Part shown: in pieces, positions 1 through 13,486 of the stretch
Layout: every line of letters starts with the position of its first letter
Position numbering within the stretch: the first letter of the stretch is position 1
DNA from: Candidatus Multivoradales bacterium
GTDB taxonomy: Bacteria; Acidobacteriota; Thermoanaerobaculia; Multivoradales; JAHEKO01
Assembly: GCA_965223855.1 (NCBI GenBank)
Contig: CBDCXM010000009.1
Coordinates: forward strand, 544,001-608,000
Direction of reading: 5' to 3'
DNA length: 64,000 nucleotides
Made by a program: the position numbers and the translations under genes
Notes under the pieces: model-generated
Seen by the model: only the letters and a program-made list of their open reading frames with translations
The model's database searches: none
What the model was told of the DNA's origin: nothing

Positions 1-2
1 TC

Positions 3-305
3 CAGCACCATTTCGACCGGCGCGAGGGGGCGCGGGTCCTGGGCGAGATGCGGCGGGTCGCGAGCCGTGCGGTGGTGGTGAGCGATCTCAGGGCGTCCCG
101 ACTCGGCGCGTGGCTCGGAACGCTCGTGCTGCGACTTCTCAGGCTCGGCCCGGTGGCGAGCTATGACGGTCGCCTGAGTCTGCGCCAGGCCTGGAGCGAA
201 GCCGAGGTGCGCACCGCGGCCGGAGACGAGGCGGTGACTTCGCTCGAGCGGCGCTTCCCGTTCCGCTGGACGGCGGTGCTCGCACCGCTCTCCGGGCGCG
301 ACTGA
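3..305 (+). CDS. SAM-dependent methyltransferase, C-terminal part (5'-truncated by window)
   Basis: Frame open from window start: QHHFDRREGARVLGEMRRVASRAVVVSDL...YDGRLSLRQAWS...RRFPFRW, typical C-terminus of PKS-III-associated methyltransferases. Confidence 0.7.
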   Translation, partial: QHHFDRREGARVLGEMRRVASRAVVVSDLRASRLGAWLGTLVLRLLRLGPVASYDGRLSLRQAWSEAEVRTAAGDEAVTSLERRFPFRWTAVLAPLSGRD

Positions 306-369
306 GCTCCCCGACTGAGCTCCCCTCACTCGCCCCACACAACGGCTGGACACAGATAGTCTTCCGGGC

Positions 370-1125
370 ATGAACGACGGCACGTTCGAACTGCCCTCTC
401 CTCCCTGGATCGTCGGCCATCGGGGAGCCGCCGGTGAGGCCCCCGAGAACACGGTGCCGAGCCTGCTCCTCGCCGTCGATCAGGGTGCGGATATGGTCGA
501 GTTCGACCTCCAGTTGACTGCCGACGGGGCGCTCGTGCTGCACCACGACTGGACTCTCGAACGCATGGCCGGAGTCGATCGTGCGATCGAGGGCGCCGAT
601 CTCGACGAGCTGAGCGACCTCGACGTCGGCGGCCCGTTTCGGCGCGAGTCCGCTCCCGTCACCCTCGCGACCCTGGCGCAAGCACTCGAAGCGCTGCCGG
701 CATCGCTGCCGCTCAACCTCGAGCTCAAGCGCCGTGACGCCCCGGTCGCGGACTTCGCCGACCGCCTCGCGGCGACCCTGCCGGAGCATCGGGCGGTGCT
801 GGTTTCGAGCTTCGACTGGGCCCTGCTGACGGCGGTTCGCGAGCGCCTCCCGGGGCTGCCGCTGGCGCCGCTCGGCGGGCGGCGCGTCGATCCTGCTGCG
901 CTGCTCGATGTGGCCGACGAGCTCGACGCCTGGAGCGTCCACTGCCGGCACACCGTCGCCACCGACACGCTGGTCGGTCGCGCGATGGCCGCCGGAAGGC
1001 CCGTTCTGACCTACACTGTCAACGATGGGGCGACGGCACGCGACCTGTTCGACCGCGGTGTCGCCGGGGTGTTCACCGACTTCCCCGGGCGACTGCGGGC
1101 ACAGCTCGCTGCGGAGAAGGGCTAG
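370..1125 (+). CDS. glpQ: Glycerophosphodiester phosphodiesterase (GlpQ/UgpQ family)
   Basis: GHRGAAGEAPENT, VEFDLQLTADG, HD, ELK, SSF, YTVND, GVFTDFP motifs. Confidence 0.92.
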   Translation: MNDGTFELPSPPWIVGHRGAAGEAPENTVPSLLLAVDQGADMVEFDLQLTADGALVLHHDWTLERMAGVDRAIEGADLDELSDLDVGGPFRRESAPVTLATLAQALEALPASLPLNLELKRRDAPVADFADRLAATLPEHRAVLVSSFDWALLTAVRERLPGLPLAPLGGRRVDPAALLDVADELDAWSVHCRHTVATDTLVGRAMAAGRPVLTYTVNDGATARDLFDRGVAGVFTDFPGRLRAQLAAEKG

Positions 1126-2544
1126 ATGAGCGAGCTCCTCTCCTACGCCGTCGTCGATCAGGGGTCCACCGCGACCAAGGCGGCGCTGTGCGATCTGTCA
1201 GGCCGGATCTATCGCCACGCCGAAGAGCCCACCCCTACGAAGCGCGTCGACGGCCGTATCGAGATCGATGCCGAGGCGGTGGCCGATTCGGTCGAACGGT
1301 TGCTCACGCCACTGGTCCACGACGATCCGGTCGGCGCCATCGGTCTGACCTGCCAGCGCTCGACCTGTCTCGTCTGGGATCGCGACAGCGGGCACGCGAT
1401 GACGCCGGCGCTGTCGTGGCAGGACACCAGTCAGGTCGAGGCGATCGAGCGCCTCGCTCCGCATGCGGCGGACGTCGCACGGTTGACCGGTCTGCGCCTG
1501 TCGCCTCACTACGCCGCCTCCAAGCTCGCGGCGCTCCTCGGCGAAATCCCCGACGGCGCACGGAGGGCGGCGGCGGGAGAACTGGTGGCCGGTACCCTCG
1601 ACGCCTTTCTGTTGCAGCGCCTTACCGGCGAGCCGGCGACCGAGCCGGGGCACGCCGGCCGCACCCTGCTCTACAACCTCGACCGCGGCTCCTGGGATCC
1701 CCACCTTTGCGACCTCTTCGGAGTCCCTTCGCAGGCGCTGCCGCTGCTGCGACCGAGCGCCGGCGAGTGGGGGAGCTTCCAGGGAGTGCCGGTCTGCGCG
1801 GTGGCCGGCGACCAGCAGGCGGCCCTGGTCGGCCACGGCGGCTGGCGGGAAGGGGTGGTCGCGGTCCACTTCGGCACCGGAGCCTTCGTCCTCGCCTCGA
1901 CCGGAGTGCGGGTGCGCCGCCACGAGCGCCTGCTGTCGGCGGCCGTCGCCTCGACCGTCGGCGGTCGGCGCTTTCAGATCGAGGGGTCGATCAACAGCGC
2001 CGGGAGCGCCGTCGACTGGGCGCGCCGCTTCGGGAACCAGAGGCTCGACGACTGGGCAGCCCGCGAGCTGGTGCCGGAGAAGCTGCCGTGGGTGATCCCC
2101 TCCTTCGCCGGTCTCGGCGCCCCGTGGTGGCGGCCGCGCCAGCGCGCCTCGATCCACGGCCTCGATCTCACCACCGGCGGTGCCGAGATCCTCGGCGGCG
2201 TGCTCGCCGGCCTGGCGATGCGGGTGGTCGACAACCTGGAGGCGATCGTCGACGCCGGTCAGCTCCCGGAGACGGTCAGAGTCAGCGGCAAGCTGACGCG
2301 ACTGCACGGTCTGGTCGAGCTGATCGCCAACCTCGCCGGGGTGCCGGTCGAGGTCGCCGCCAACGAGGAGCTCGGGCTCACCGGCATCTGCCGGCTCGCC
2401 GCCGCCGGTCTCGGAGGGGGCGAGGAAGGCCTCGGTCGCGCGCCGGCGGCGGGCTGGGTCTGCGAGCCCACCTGGGGCGACGAGCGTCGCAAGGCGCTGC
2501 GGAACCGGTGGCACGAGCTGGTGGGCCGCTCAACCGGCGAGTAG
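1126..2544 (+). CDS. glpK: FGGY-family kinase, glycerol kinase-like
   Basis: DQGST, CQRST, SWQD, GDQQAAL, GTGAF, FAGLGAPWW motifs; abuts glpQ. Confidence 0.8.
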   Translation: MSELLSYAVVDQGSTATKAALCDLSGRIYRHAEEPTPTKRVDGRIEIDAEAVADSVERLLTPLVHDDPVGAIGLTCQRSTCLVWDRDSGHAMTPALSWQDTSQVEAIERLAPHAADVARLTGLRLSPHYAASKLAALLGEIPDGARRAAAGELVAGTLDAFLLQRLTGEPATEPGHAGRTLLYNLDRGSWDPHLCDLFGVPSQALPLLRPSAGEWGSFQGVPVCAVAGDQQAALVGHGGWREGVVAVHFGTGAFVLASTGVRVRRHERLLSAAVASTVGGRRFQIEGSINSAGSAVDWARRFGNQRLDDWAARELVPEKLPWVIPSFAGLGAPWWRPRQRASIHGLDLTTGGAEILGGVLAGLAMRVVDNLEAIVDAGQLPETVRVSGKLTRLHGLVELIANLAGVPVEVAANEELGLTGICRLAAAGLGGGEEGLGRAPAAGWVCEPTWGDERRKALRNRWHELVGRSTGE

Positions 2545-2575
2545 GTCCCGGCTTGTTCTCACCGGTTCCGGCCGG

Positions 2576-3091
2576 CTACCAGGCGAGCCAGTCGTTGCGG
2601 CGCCACGAGTTCCGCTTGCCGGGGACCGCCGTCAGACCGTGGCTCTCGAGCGCCTCGCCGAGGACGTGCAGAAATTCGTTGCGATCGTCGATCACCCCGA
2701 GGTTGAGATAGAACTCGCGCTCGTTCCCCTTGCGGTCGTGATGCACCAGCCGCAACGCCTGGGTGCCGGGGCGCGGCCCCATCGCCAGCACGTCGGAGAG
2801 CGCCAGCTTCTTCGCACGGAAGAGGTGGAGCGGCTGGTAGGAGAGGGTGTCGCCGTCGACGGTCACCGCGGCGCTGCCGGCGGTCCACCACACCTTGGCG
2901 AGCGTCGCCCAGAAAAGCGAGGTGTAGAGGAGCAGCACGCCGAACGCGCGCGCCGCCGGCACACTCCCCGGTTGACGCAACAGCCAGGAGATCGCCGCCA
3001 GCAGCGCCAGCACGCCGATGCCCCACAACAGCGCTTTGCGGCAGGTACTGCGAACCCAGGGGCGGAACGGGAAGGCGTGGCTCGTGCTCAT
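2576..3091 (-). CDS. Hypothetical membrane protein (2 TM + PH-like C-terminal region)
   Basis: MSTSHAF start; two hydrophobic segments then a soluble domain. Confidence 0.6.
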   Translation of the reverse strand: MSTSHAFPFRPWVRSTCRKALLWGIGVLALLAAISWLLRQPGSVPAARAFGVLLLYTSLFWATLAKVWWTAGSAAVTVDGDTLSYQPLHLFRAKKLALSDVLAMGPRPGTQALRLVHHDRKGNEREFYLNLGVIDDRNEFLHVLGEALESHGLTAVPGKRNSWRRNDWLAW

Positions 3092-3150
3092 CGACTCTCG
3101 TGGTCGCGGTCGACCCTGAACCGGTCTTCTCGACACCGCGTACTGAAAGG

Positions 3151-3939
3151 ATGATGACACGCGCCACGACTCTCGTCTTCACCGTTCTGGCCGCGATCGC
3201 GGCCCAAGCCCTCGTCTCGACGGAGCCCGTCGAGGCCGACGAGCGGCGCGTGGTGCTGGTCGAACTCTTCACCTCCCAGGGGTGTTCGAGCTGCCCGCCG
3301 GCCGACGAACTGCTGACCGAGCTCGGCACCGACGGGATCGCCGGCGTCGAGGTGATTCCGCTCTCGTTCCACGTCGACTACTGGAACTACATCGGCTGGA
3401 CCGATCCGTTCTCGGCCGCCGAGTGGTCGTGGCGCCAGCGCCGCTACGCCGCCCGCTTCGAGAGCGACCGTGTCTACACGCCGCAACTGGTGGTCGACGG
3501 GGTCGGCGAGTGCGTCGGTTCGCGCAAGAGCGACGTACGGCGCGAGATCGTGGCCGCCGCCGAGCGTGCCCGGGAAGCCCTCGTCGAAGTCGGTGTGAAC
3601 ACCGCGGGAGAGCTGGCCTGGAGCGCCTCACTCGCCGCCGATGCGGCGGGCAGCGGCGAAGTGCTGCTGGCGATCGTCGAGACCGGGCTCTCGACCGAGG
3701 TCGGGCGTGGGGAGAACGCCCGCCGCACGCTGCGCAACGATCACGTCGTCCGCCGCCTCGAAACGCTGGCGACGCTCGCTCCCGGCGAGGATGCGAACGC
3801 CGCGCACGCTCTCGATCTGCCGGCCGAGTGGCGACGCGACCGGCTGCGGGCGGTGGTCTTCGTTCAGGGAGTCGAGACGCTCGAGGTTCACGGCGCGGCG
3901 AGCGCGGCGCTGACTTCTGGACTTACTCCCGAGGGGTGA
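3151..3939 (+). CDS. DUF1223 secreted thioredoxin-fold protein
   Basis: Signal peptide; ELFTSQGCSSCPPAD, FHVDYWNYIGWTDPF, YTPQLVVDG, GEN motifs. Confidence 0.93.
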   Translation: MMTRATTLVFTVLAAIAAQALVSTEPVEADERRVVLVELFTSQGCSSCPPADELLTELGTDGIAGVEVIPLSFHVDYWNYIGWTDPFSAAEWSWRQRRYAARFESDRVYTPQLVVDGVGECVGSRKSDVRREIVAAAERAREALVEVGVNTAGELAWSASLAADAAGSGEVLLAIVETGLSTEVGRGENARRTLRNDHVVRRLETLATLAPGEDANAAHALDLPAEWRRDRLRAVVFVQGVETLEVHGAASAALTSGLTPEG

Positions 3940-5398
3940 CGAAGCGCTCGACGATCCAGTCGCCGACGAGCTTCAGCACCTCCGGCGACATCGTCTCCTC
4001 GATCCTGCCGTACTCGTCCACGGTGCCGCGCTCGGCCCGCTGGAAGAGGTGGTTGAGGCCCGGCAGCTTGCGCACGGTGACGTCGGCATTGCCGGCGGCC
4101 GCGAGCTGCTCCTCGATCACCGGCAGATTCTGATCGGCGTCGACCTGCAGGTCGAGCTCGCCGTTGAGCGCCAGCACCGGCACCTCTACCTCCCGCAGCA
4201 CCGGCCGCGGGTCGTGCTCCAGGAAGTACTGGAACCACGGCGTCAGCAGCCGGTCGAGCTGGGGCTCGATGGCGGCACGCGGATCGTCGCCGAGCGCCTC
4301 ACGCGCCGCCTCGCCGCCGAGCTCGAACTGTTCGAGGGCAAGCGCCATCAGGCGTTCGCGCACCGCGCCCTCCTCGGCTCCCGATAGAGCCGTATCGACG
4401 ATCTCCTCGAGCAGCTCGACCTGGCGATCGAGCGTCGCCGGATCCGCTCCCGCGGCCGCCGCCTGCAGCCGGGTCTGGAGCGGCAGGATCTCGCGCCCCG
4501 AGACTCCGGGGCCCGCCAGCATGACGACGAAGGCGACCGTGTCCGACCGGCTCGCTGCCAGCGGCCCGACCAACCCCCCCTCGCTGTGACCGAGGATGCC
4601 GATCCGGTTGGGCGCGACCTCGGGACGGGCGCGCAGCCACTCGATCGCCGACAGCACGTCGGCGGCGAAGTCCGAGGTGGTCGAGAGCTCGACGCTGCCG
4701 CTCGATCCGCCGACGCCTCGGTCGTCGCTCCGCAGCACGGCGATGCCCCGCCGTGCGAGAGCATCGGCGAGCACCCGGAACGGCCGGTGGTCGAAGAGCT
4801 CCTCGTCGCGGTTCTGCGCGCCGCTGCCGCTGACGAGGACCACCGCGGCGAATGGTCCTTCCCCCGGCGGAATCGTCAGCGTCCCGGCCAGCGTGACGTC
4901 GCCGTTCGCGTAGACGGCTTCTTCCTCGCGGTAGGGGAACGGCGGTTTCGGATCCTGTGGCCGGCCGGTCGTCTCGAGCGTCTCGCGCCCGAGCCGGAAG
5001 CTCAGTCGCGCCGCCCCCTGCGTGAAGGTCCCGGTCAGCTCGCCGTCGACGAGGCGACCGTCGAAGGTCGGGGCGCCCGGCACGCCGTCGATGGCGAAAC
5101 GAGCGCGGTCGCCGTCTACCGTGATCTCGCGCAGCGGCAGACCGAACGCCGATTGGGCCGGAATGTCGATCGTTCCGCTCCAACCAGACGGTGCGGCGGG
5201 CTGGAAGTCGAGCTTGACGACGAGCGGCGCCCCCGGCAGGTCGATCTCACCCTCCCAGTGCCCGGTCAGGTCGACCTCCGGCGCCGGCGCCGGCTCTTCG
5301 GCGACAACCGGTGCCACGACGACCAGTGCCACGACGGTCGTCAGACCCGAAAGCCAGGCTTTCCGCCGCCGAAGATCTGGTCGGTCAGCGCGTTCCAT
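3923..5398 (-). CDS. Secreted alpha/beta hydrolase (S9/S15-like) with N-terminal beta domain
   Basis: RPQDPKPPFPY, SGSGAQNRDE, DDRGVG, GHSEGG nucleophile elbow, GELDLQV, LNHLFQ. Confidence 0.9.
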   Translation of the reverse strand: MERADRPDLRRRKAWLSGLTTVVALVVVAPVVAEEPAPAPEVDLTGHWEGEIDLPGAPLVVKLDFQPAAPSGWSGTIDIPAQSAFGLPLREITVDGDRARFAIDGVPGAPTFDGRLVDGELTGTFTQGAARLSFRLGRETLETTGRPQDPKPPFPYREEEAVYANGDVTLAGTLTIPPGEGPFAAVVLVSGSGAQNRDEELFDHRPFRVLADALARRGIAVLRSDDRGVGGSSGSVELSTTSDFAADVLSAIEWLRARPEVAPNRIGILGHSEGGLVGPLAASRSDTVAFVVMLAGPGVSGREILPLQTRLQAAAAGADPATLDRQVELLEEIVDTALSGAEEGAVRERLMALALEQFELGGEAAREALGDDPRAAIEPQLDRLLTPWFQYFLEHDPRPVLREVEVPVLALNGELDLQVDADQNLPVIEEQLAAAGNADVTVRKLPGLNHLFQRAERGTVDEYGRIEETMSPEVLKLVGDWIVERFVTPRE

Positions 5399-5417
5399 CC
5401 TCGTCTCCCAGGCCGCC

Positions 5418-6182
5418 CTACGGCACCTGCCGCCCTTCCATTCCGCCCGCCACCGTCAGGAGCTCTCCACTCAGGTGCCCCGAGTCCTCCTCGGAGGCGA
5501 GGAAGCACACCGCCGCCGCGATGTCCTCGGGTGTCGCCACCTTCTTGAGCGACATGGTGGAGAGTGCCCTGGCGACCCGCGCCTCGTCCTCGAGCGCATC
5601 GGCCGACATCGGTGTCGCCACCCATCCGGGCGCCACCGCGTTGACCCGCACCTCGTTGCCGATCCGCGCCGCCTCGTTCTTCGCCGACAGCAGCAGGCCG
5701 GTCTGGATCGCCCCCTTGGCGGCGGCGTAGTCGGCATGCCCGGCCTCGCCGAAGCGGCCGGCGGTCGAGCCGATCAGCACCAGCGAGCCCGTCCCCGTGG
5801 TCGCCGCGTGAGCGAGGAAGGCACGGGCCGTGAGGAAGGTGGCGGTGAGGTTCGAGTCGAGCGTCGAACGCCAGCGCTCGGGCGGCAGCTCCCACAAAGG
5901 CAGGTCCGCTTCCGGCCACACCCCTGCGTTGGCGACGCACACCTGGACGGAACCGAGCGTCGCCACCGCCCGATCGAAGAGGTCCGTGACCGCCCCCTCA
6001 TCTCGAAGATCCGCGGCGAGAGCGACGCCGCCGACCTCGTCCGCCAGCCTTTCAGCCGCCCCCCTCGAAGAGCGATAGTGCACCGCTACGCGATAGCCGC
6101 GATTCGCCAGCGCCCGCACCACCGCCGTGCCGATCCCGCCCGCGCCTCCCGTCACCAGAGCCGTCTTCGTTCGAGCCTCCAT
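5418..6182 (-). CDS. SDR family oxidoreductase
   Basis: TGGAGGIG, NAG, YAAAK catalytic motif, VNAVAPG. Confidence 0.92.
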   Translation of the reverse strand: MEARTKTALVTGGAGGIGTAVVRALANRGYRVAVHYRSSRGAAERLADEVGGVALAADLRDEGAVTDLFDRAVATLGSVQVCVANAGVWPEADLPLWELPPERWRSTLDSNLTATFLTARAFLAHAATTGTGSLVLIGSTAGRFGEAGHADYAAAKGAIQTGLLLSAKNEAARIGNEVRVNAVAPGWVATPMSADALEDEARVARALSTMSLKKVATPEDIAAAVCFLASEEDSGHLSGELLTVAGGMEGRQVP

Positions 6183-6271
6183 GTCGCCGTACTGTAGGCG
6201 GGCGGGCCGCCGCACACAACGCCCGCGCCGGCTCGCCGGCCCCGTGGAAGGACGCAGGCTAGACTGCTGCC

Positions 6272-6649
6272 GTGAGCGGAATCGATCGTCTGGCCGACTG
6301 CGGGCGGCGGCCCAACTGCATCTCCTCCACCGCCTCGAACGAGCGCCGCCGCCTCGGGCCGTGGCCGCTGGCACTCGCCGCCGGGGACGCCTGGCCGCGC
6401 ATCGAGAGGGCGGTGACGGCGCTGCCGCGCACCCGCATCGTCACGAGCGAGGACGGGTATCTCCATGCCGAGTCGCGCACGCGCTGGTGCCGCTTCGTCG
6501 ACGATCTCGAGGTGGTGCTCGACGCCGAGCAGGGAGTGGTCGGAGTGCGCTCGGCATCGCGCATCGGCTACTCGGATCGTGGCGTCAACCGCCGTCGGGT
6601 GCGGGCACTCCTGGCGGAGCTCGTCGAGCGGGGCGTCGTGGCGGGATGA
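6272..6649 (+). CDS. DUF1499 domain protein
   Basis: C..RPNCISS, FVDDLE, RSASRIGYSDRGVNRRRV. Confidence 0.88.
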   Translation: MSGIDRLADCGRRPNCISSTASNERRRLGPWPLALAAGDAWPRIERAVTALPRTRIVTSEDGYLHAESRTRWCRFVDDLEVVLDAEQGVVGVRSASRIGYSDRGVNRRRVRALLAELVERGVVAG

Positions 6650-6972
6650 GCCGCTCCGCCGCGAGAGCCGACAGCTACCAACGCATCTACGACGTCGTCG
6701 AGCGCATCCCTCGCGGCCGGGTGGCGACGTACGGTCAGGTGGCGGTGCTCGCCGGGCTGCCGGGTCACGCCCGCCAGGTCGGCTACGCCCTCCACCGCAC
6801 CCCCGACGAGCGCGACCTGCCGTGGCAGCGGGTGATCAACGCCCGCGGCGAGGTCAGCAGCCGCGCCGAGCCGATGTTCGAGGGGATCCAGCGCGACCTG
6901 CTGGAAGCGGAGGGAATCGTCTTCGACCTGCGAGGCCGCGTCGACCTCGACCGCTATCGCTGGGAGCCCTGA
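6646..6972 (+). CDS. Alkyltransferase-like (ATL/YbaZ, MGMT family) protein
   Basis: IPRGRVATYGQVA, ARQVG, PWQRV (Trp replaces the catalytic Cys); ATGA overlap with upstream gene. Confidence 0.9.
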   Translation: MSRSAARADSYQRIYDVVERIPRGRVATYGQVAVLAGLPGHARQVGYALHRTPDERDLPWQRVINARGEVSSRAEPMFEGIQRDLLEAEGIVFDLRGRVDLDRYRWEP

Positions 6973-6976
6973 GCCG

Positions 6977-7696
<720 letters not shown>

Positions 7697-7705
7697 ACTC
7701 GCGTC

Positions 7706-8398
7706 ATGGAACTGCGTGCCGGGACGAGCGGCTTCAGCTACAAGGCGTGGAAGGGGGCCTTCTACCCCGAGGATCTCTCCGACAGGAAGATGCTCGAGTA
7801 CTACGGCTCACAGCTGCCGGCGGTCGAGATCAACAACACCTTCTACCGGCTGCCGAAGGCTTCCGTCCTCGAAGGGTGGGCGGAGAAGGTGCCCGAGGAC
7901 TTCCGCTTCTCGATCAAGGCGTCGCGGCGGATCACCCACTTCAAGCGTCTCAAGCGGCCGGTGGAAGAGACCGCCTATCTCGTCGAGACGGTCGCCGTCC
8001 TCGGCACGCGGCTCGGCGCGCTGCTGCTGCAACTGCCGCCCAACTTCAAGCGCGACGACGAGCGGCTGCGTGATTTCCTCACCCTGCTGCCCGCGGGGAC
8101 CCGAGCCGCCTTCGAGTTCCGCCACCCGAGCTGGTTCGACGACGCTACCTACGCCGCGCTCTCCGACCACAACTGCGCGTTGTGCCTCGCCGACACCGGC
8201 GGTGAGGGCGACGCGCCGCGGGTGGCGACCGCCGACTGGGGGTATTTGCGGCTGCGGCGCGAGGAGTACACCCCCGAAGAGCTCGCCGACTGGAACGGTT
8301 GGACCGCCGAGCAGTCGTGGTCGGACGCCCTGGTCTTCTTCAAGCACGAGGACGCCGGCGCCGGACCGCGGCTTGCCCGGACCTTCCTCGCACTGTGA
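7706..8398 (+). CDS. DUF72 (YecE-like) protein
   Basis: GTSGFSYKAWKG.FYP, VEINNTFY, QLPP, EFRHPSW, YLRLR, FFKH. Confidence 0.93.
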   Translation: MELRAGTSGFSYKAWKGAFYPEDLSDRKMLEYYGSQLPAVEINNTFYRLPKASVLEGWAEKVPEDFRFSIKASRRITHFKRLKRPVEETAYLVETVAVLGTRLGALLLQLPPNFKRDDERLRDFLTLLPAGTRAAFEFRHPSWFDDATYAALSDHNCALCLADTGGEGDAPRVATADWGYLRLRREEYTPEELADWNGWTAEQSWSDALVFFKHEDAGAGPRLARTFLAL

Positions 8399-8847
8399 GC
8401 GCCGAGCTGCGCCCCGCGCGGCCCGAGGAAGCGGCGGCGCTGACCGCTCTGGCGCTGGCTGCCAAAGCGCACTGGGGATATCCCGACGAATGGCTGGAAC
8501 TGTGGCGCCCGGGGCTTTCGTTCACCGCGGAGTCGATCGCGCGCGACTGGGTGCTCGTTGCCGTGGAAGAGGGCACTCCCTGCGCCGTCGCCGCCCTCGA
8601 AGGCAGACCGCCGCAGATGGAGCTCGGCCACCTGTGGGTCCACCCGGAGCACATGGGCGCCGGCCTCGGCCGACGGCTCTTCGAGGCGGCGACAGGAGAA
8701 GCCCGGGCCCGAGGCGCGAGCCGCCTCGAGATCGTCTCCGACCCTCACGCCGAGGGGTTCTACACCGCACTCGGCGCGCGACGGTTCGGTCACCTCGCGA
8801 GCGAACCTGGCGAGCGGACGCTGCCCCTCCTGCTCTACGATCTGTAG
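8395..8847 (+). CDS. GNAT acetyltransferase
   Basis: AKAHWGY, LWVHPEHMGAGLGRRL, SDPHAEGFY; GTGA overlap. Confidence 0.88.
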   Translation: MSAELRPARPEEAAALTALALAAKAHWGYPDEWLELWRPGLSFTAESIARDWVLVAVEEGTPCAVAALEGRPPQMELGHLWVHPEHMGAGLGRRLFEAATGEARARGASRLEIVSDPHAEGFYTALGARRFGHLASEPGERTLPLLLYDL

Positions 8848-8901
8848 CCGAGCCGGCGCCGGTGGAACATCCCGCCGCTGCCACCGGTTGAGACGCACGC
8901 C

Positions 8902-9609
8902 ATGCCTGATCGCCTCCGACCCATCGTCGTCGCCGTCGCTCTCGCGACCCTCGCCGCCCTTCTATCGCCGGCGGGCGCGAGCGAGCCGCTCTATTTCGAG
9001 CTCTGGCAACCGGAAGAGTCGGCCTCGGAGGAGACCGACCCGGGGGCCGATGACGGAGCGGAGATCGAACGCTCCCAGATCCTCCTCGCGATGGACCAGA
9101 TCGACGCCGAGTCGCCGATCGCCGAATGGTGCCGGCAGCAGAGGCTCCACCTGCCGGAGGAGACGCTGCCGCTCGCCCTGCTGCGCGAGGCGCCCTACAG
9201 CCGTTTCGAGACCGGCATCGTGCCGCTCGAGCTCGAGCTGCTGATCGACGACGTGGAGCTGCGCTACGCCCTCGGCACGAACCGCCCGCTCGGTGCCGAC
9301 GGTCTGAGCTTCCCGTACTTCGAGCTGTGCGCCCTCGGCTTCGGCCGCCGCGACGGCGGCGACTGGTCGCTCGACGTCGTCCACCTGTCGAATGCACGCG
9401 GACAGCAGATCGTCGTCGGCGTTTACAAGGGAGTGCTGCCGAAGCACGAGCGTGACTTCCTCGCAGCCTCGCTCGGCTACGACCACGAGCAGCCCGACCC
9501 GGCCGGCATCCTGCTGCTCGGCCAGGGAGAAGAGTTGCCGGCGATGCTGCTCGTGCGCTCCGAGAGCGGCGAGGCGTTCGACGCACTCCGCAGACGCATC
9601 GTCCGCTGA
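8902..9609 (+). CDS. Hypothetical secreted protein
   Basis: N-terminal signal peptide, acidic linker, host-like codon usage. Confidence 0.65.
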   Translation: MPDRLRPIVVAVALATLAALLSPAGASEPLYFELWQPEESASEETDPGADDGAEIERSQILLAMDQIDAESPIAEWCRQQRLHLPEETLPLALLREAPYSRFETGIVPLELELLIDDVELRYALGTNRPLGADGLSFPYFELCALGFGRRDGGDWSLDVVHLSNARGQQIVVGVYKGVLPKHERDFLAASLGYDHEQPDPAGILLLGQGEELPAMLLVRSESGEAFDALRRRIVR

Positions 9610-9628
9610 CACGCTAAGGTCCGCTGCC

Positions 9629-10039
9629 ATGTCCCCGGCCGGCTACTCAGGCACTCCGCTCGCCCGCAAGCTCGGTTTGAAGCCCGGCATGAGGGCCTGC
9701 GTCCTCAACGCCCCAGACCACTACGCCGAGCTCATCGCGCCCGAGCCGAAGGACATCCAGTGGCTCGGGCCGCGAGCCGGAGTGCTCGACTTCGTCCACC
9801 TCTTCGTGCTGCGCGAGACCGAGCTCGCCCGCCGGCTGTCTCGTCAGATGGAGCGCATCGTCAGCGACGGCATGATCTGGATTTCGTGGCCGAAGAAGGC
9901 GTCGAAGGTCAAGACCGACGTCACCGAAGACACGGTGCGCAAGCATGCCCTCAAGCTCGGGCTCGTCGACATCAAGGTGTGCGCGGTCGACGAGGTGTGG
10001 TCGGGGTTGAAGCTGGTGATCCGGAAAGAGAACCGGTAG
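9629..10039 (+). CDS. DUF3052 family protein
   Basis: GYSGTPLARKLG, WISWPKKASK, GLVDIKVCAVDEVWSGLK. Confidence 0.9.
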   Translation: MSPAGYSGTPLARKLGLKPGMRACVLNAPDHYAELIAPEPKDIQWLGPRAGVLDFVHLFVLRETELARRLSRQMERIVSDGMIWISWPKKASKVKTDVTEDTVRKHALKLGLVDIKVCAVDEVWSGLKLVIRKENR

Positions 10040-10278
10040 GACGAGGGGCGGGCTCAGAGCTCGCCCGCGACTTGCCTCGCGTGCCGGACGAGGACGACCG
10101 CGGCGGCTAGAATCAGAGCGATCGGCCACCTGTGCATAGGCGGGAATTTCGAGAGCCGCGTCGCGTACTCGTCGGGGGCACCGCTGTCGGTCCAGGGTCC
10201 GCTACCTCCCGCAGCTTCTCGCGTCGCACAGCCGGCGATGTCCCGCACGGAATCCGATCCGCCGAGCCCCGCCCCGAC

Positions 10279-10846
10279 ATGAGCTCCCGGTCACCGAAGA
10301 AACCCGACGACGACGTGACCGGCCTGCTCCGGGCCTGGAGCCGGGGCGAGGACGGAGTGGAAGCCACCCTGCTCGAACTCATCTACGCCGAGCTCCGAAA
10401 GCTCGCGATCGCTCATCTGAGGGCCGAAAGGAGCGATCACACGCTCGAGCCTGCCGCCCTGGTGCACGAGGCGTACCTGCGGTTGATCGATCAGCACCGT
10501 ACCGAGTGGCAGAGCCGTGAGCACTTCTACGGCATCGCCTCCAGGATGATGCGCCGAGTGCTGACCGACTACGCCCGACGGCGCGCGCGCGTCAAGCGGG
10601 GCGGCGACTGGGTGCGGGTCAGCTTGGAAGCCGTCCGAGCGGGAACCGAGCCGCTGTCGATCGAAGCGCGTGCGCTCGACGATGCGATCACCGAGCTCGC
10701 GTCGGTGGACGAACGCAAGGCACGGATCGTCGAGCTGAGATTCTTCGGCGGCCTGACCATTGGTGAAACGGCGAGTTTGCTCGCGTGCAGCCCGGCCACC
10801 GTGCGACGGGACTGGGCGTTCACCAAGGCGTGGCTGGTGGACCGCC

Positions 10847-10857
<11 letters not shown>
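10279..10857 (+). CDS. ECF sigma factor, kinase-associated (TIGR02999-like)
   Basis: VTGLLRAW, IYAELRKLA, HTLEPAALVHEAYLRL, HFYGIASRMMRR, ELRFFGGLT, TVRRDW. Confidence 0.93.
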
Positions 10858-13327
<2,470 letters not shown>

Positions 13328-13486
13328 CCCCGGTTCCTCCAGAGTCTCAGGATCCCTTGATCGAACGTCGCCCAGAGTACCCGAGGAGACTCGATGACTC
13401 AGTCCGTGCAGTTTCGACGCGTGGACAGTGAGACCCGCTGGCGTCGAGACCCGCCGCCAGACCGTGCCCACAGGGGAGGAAATCAG

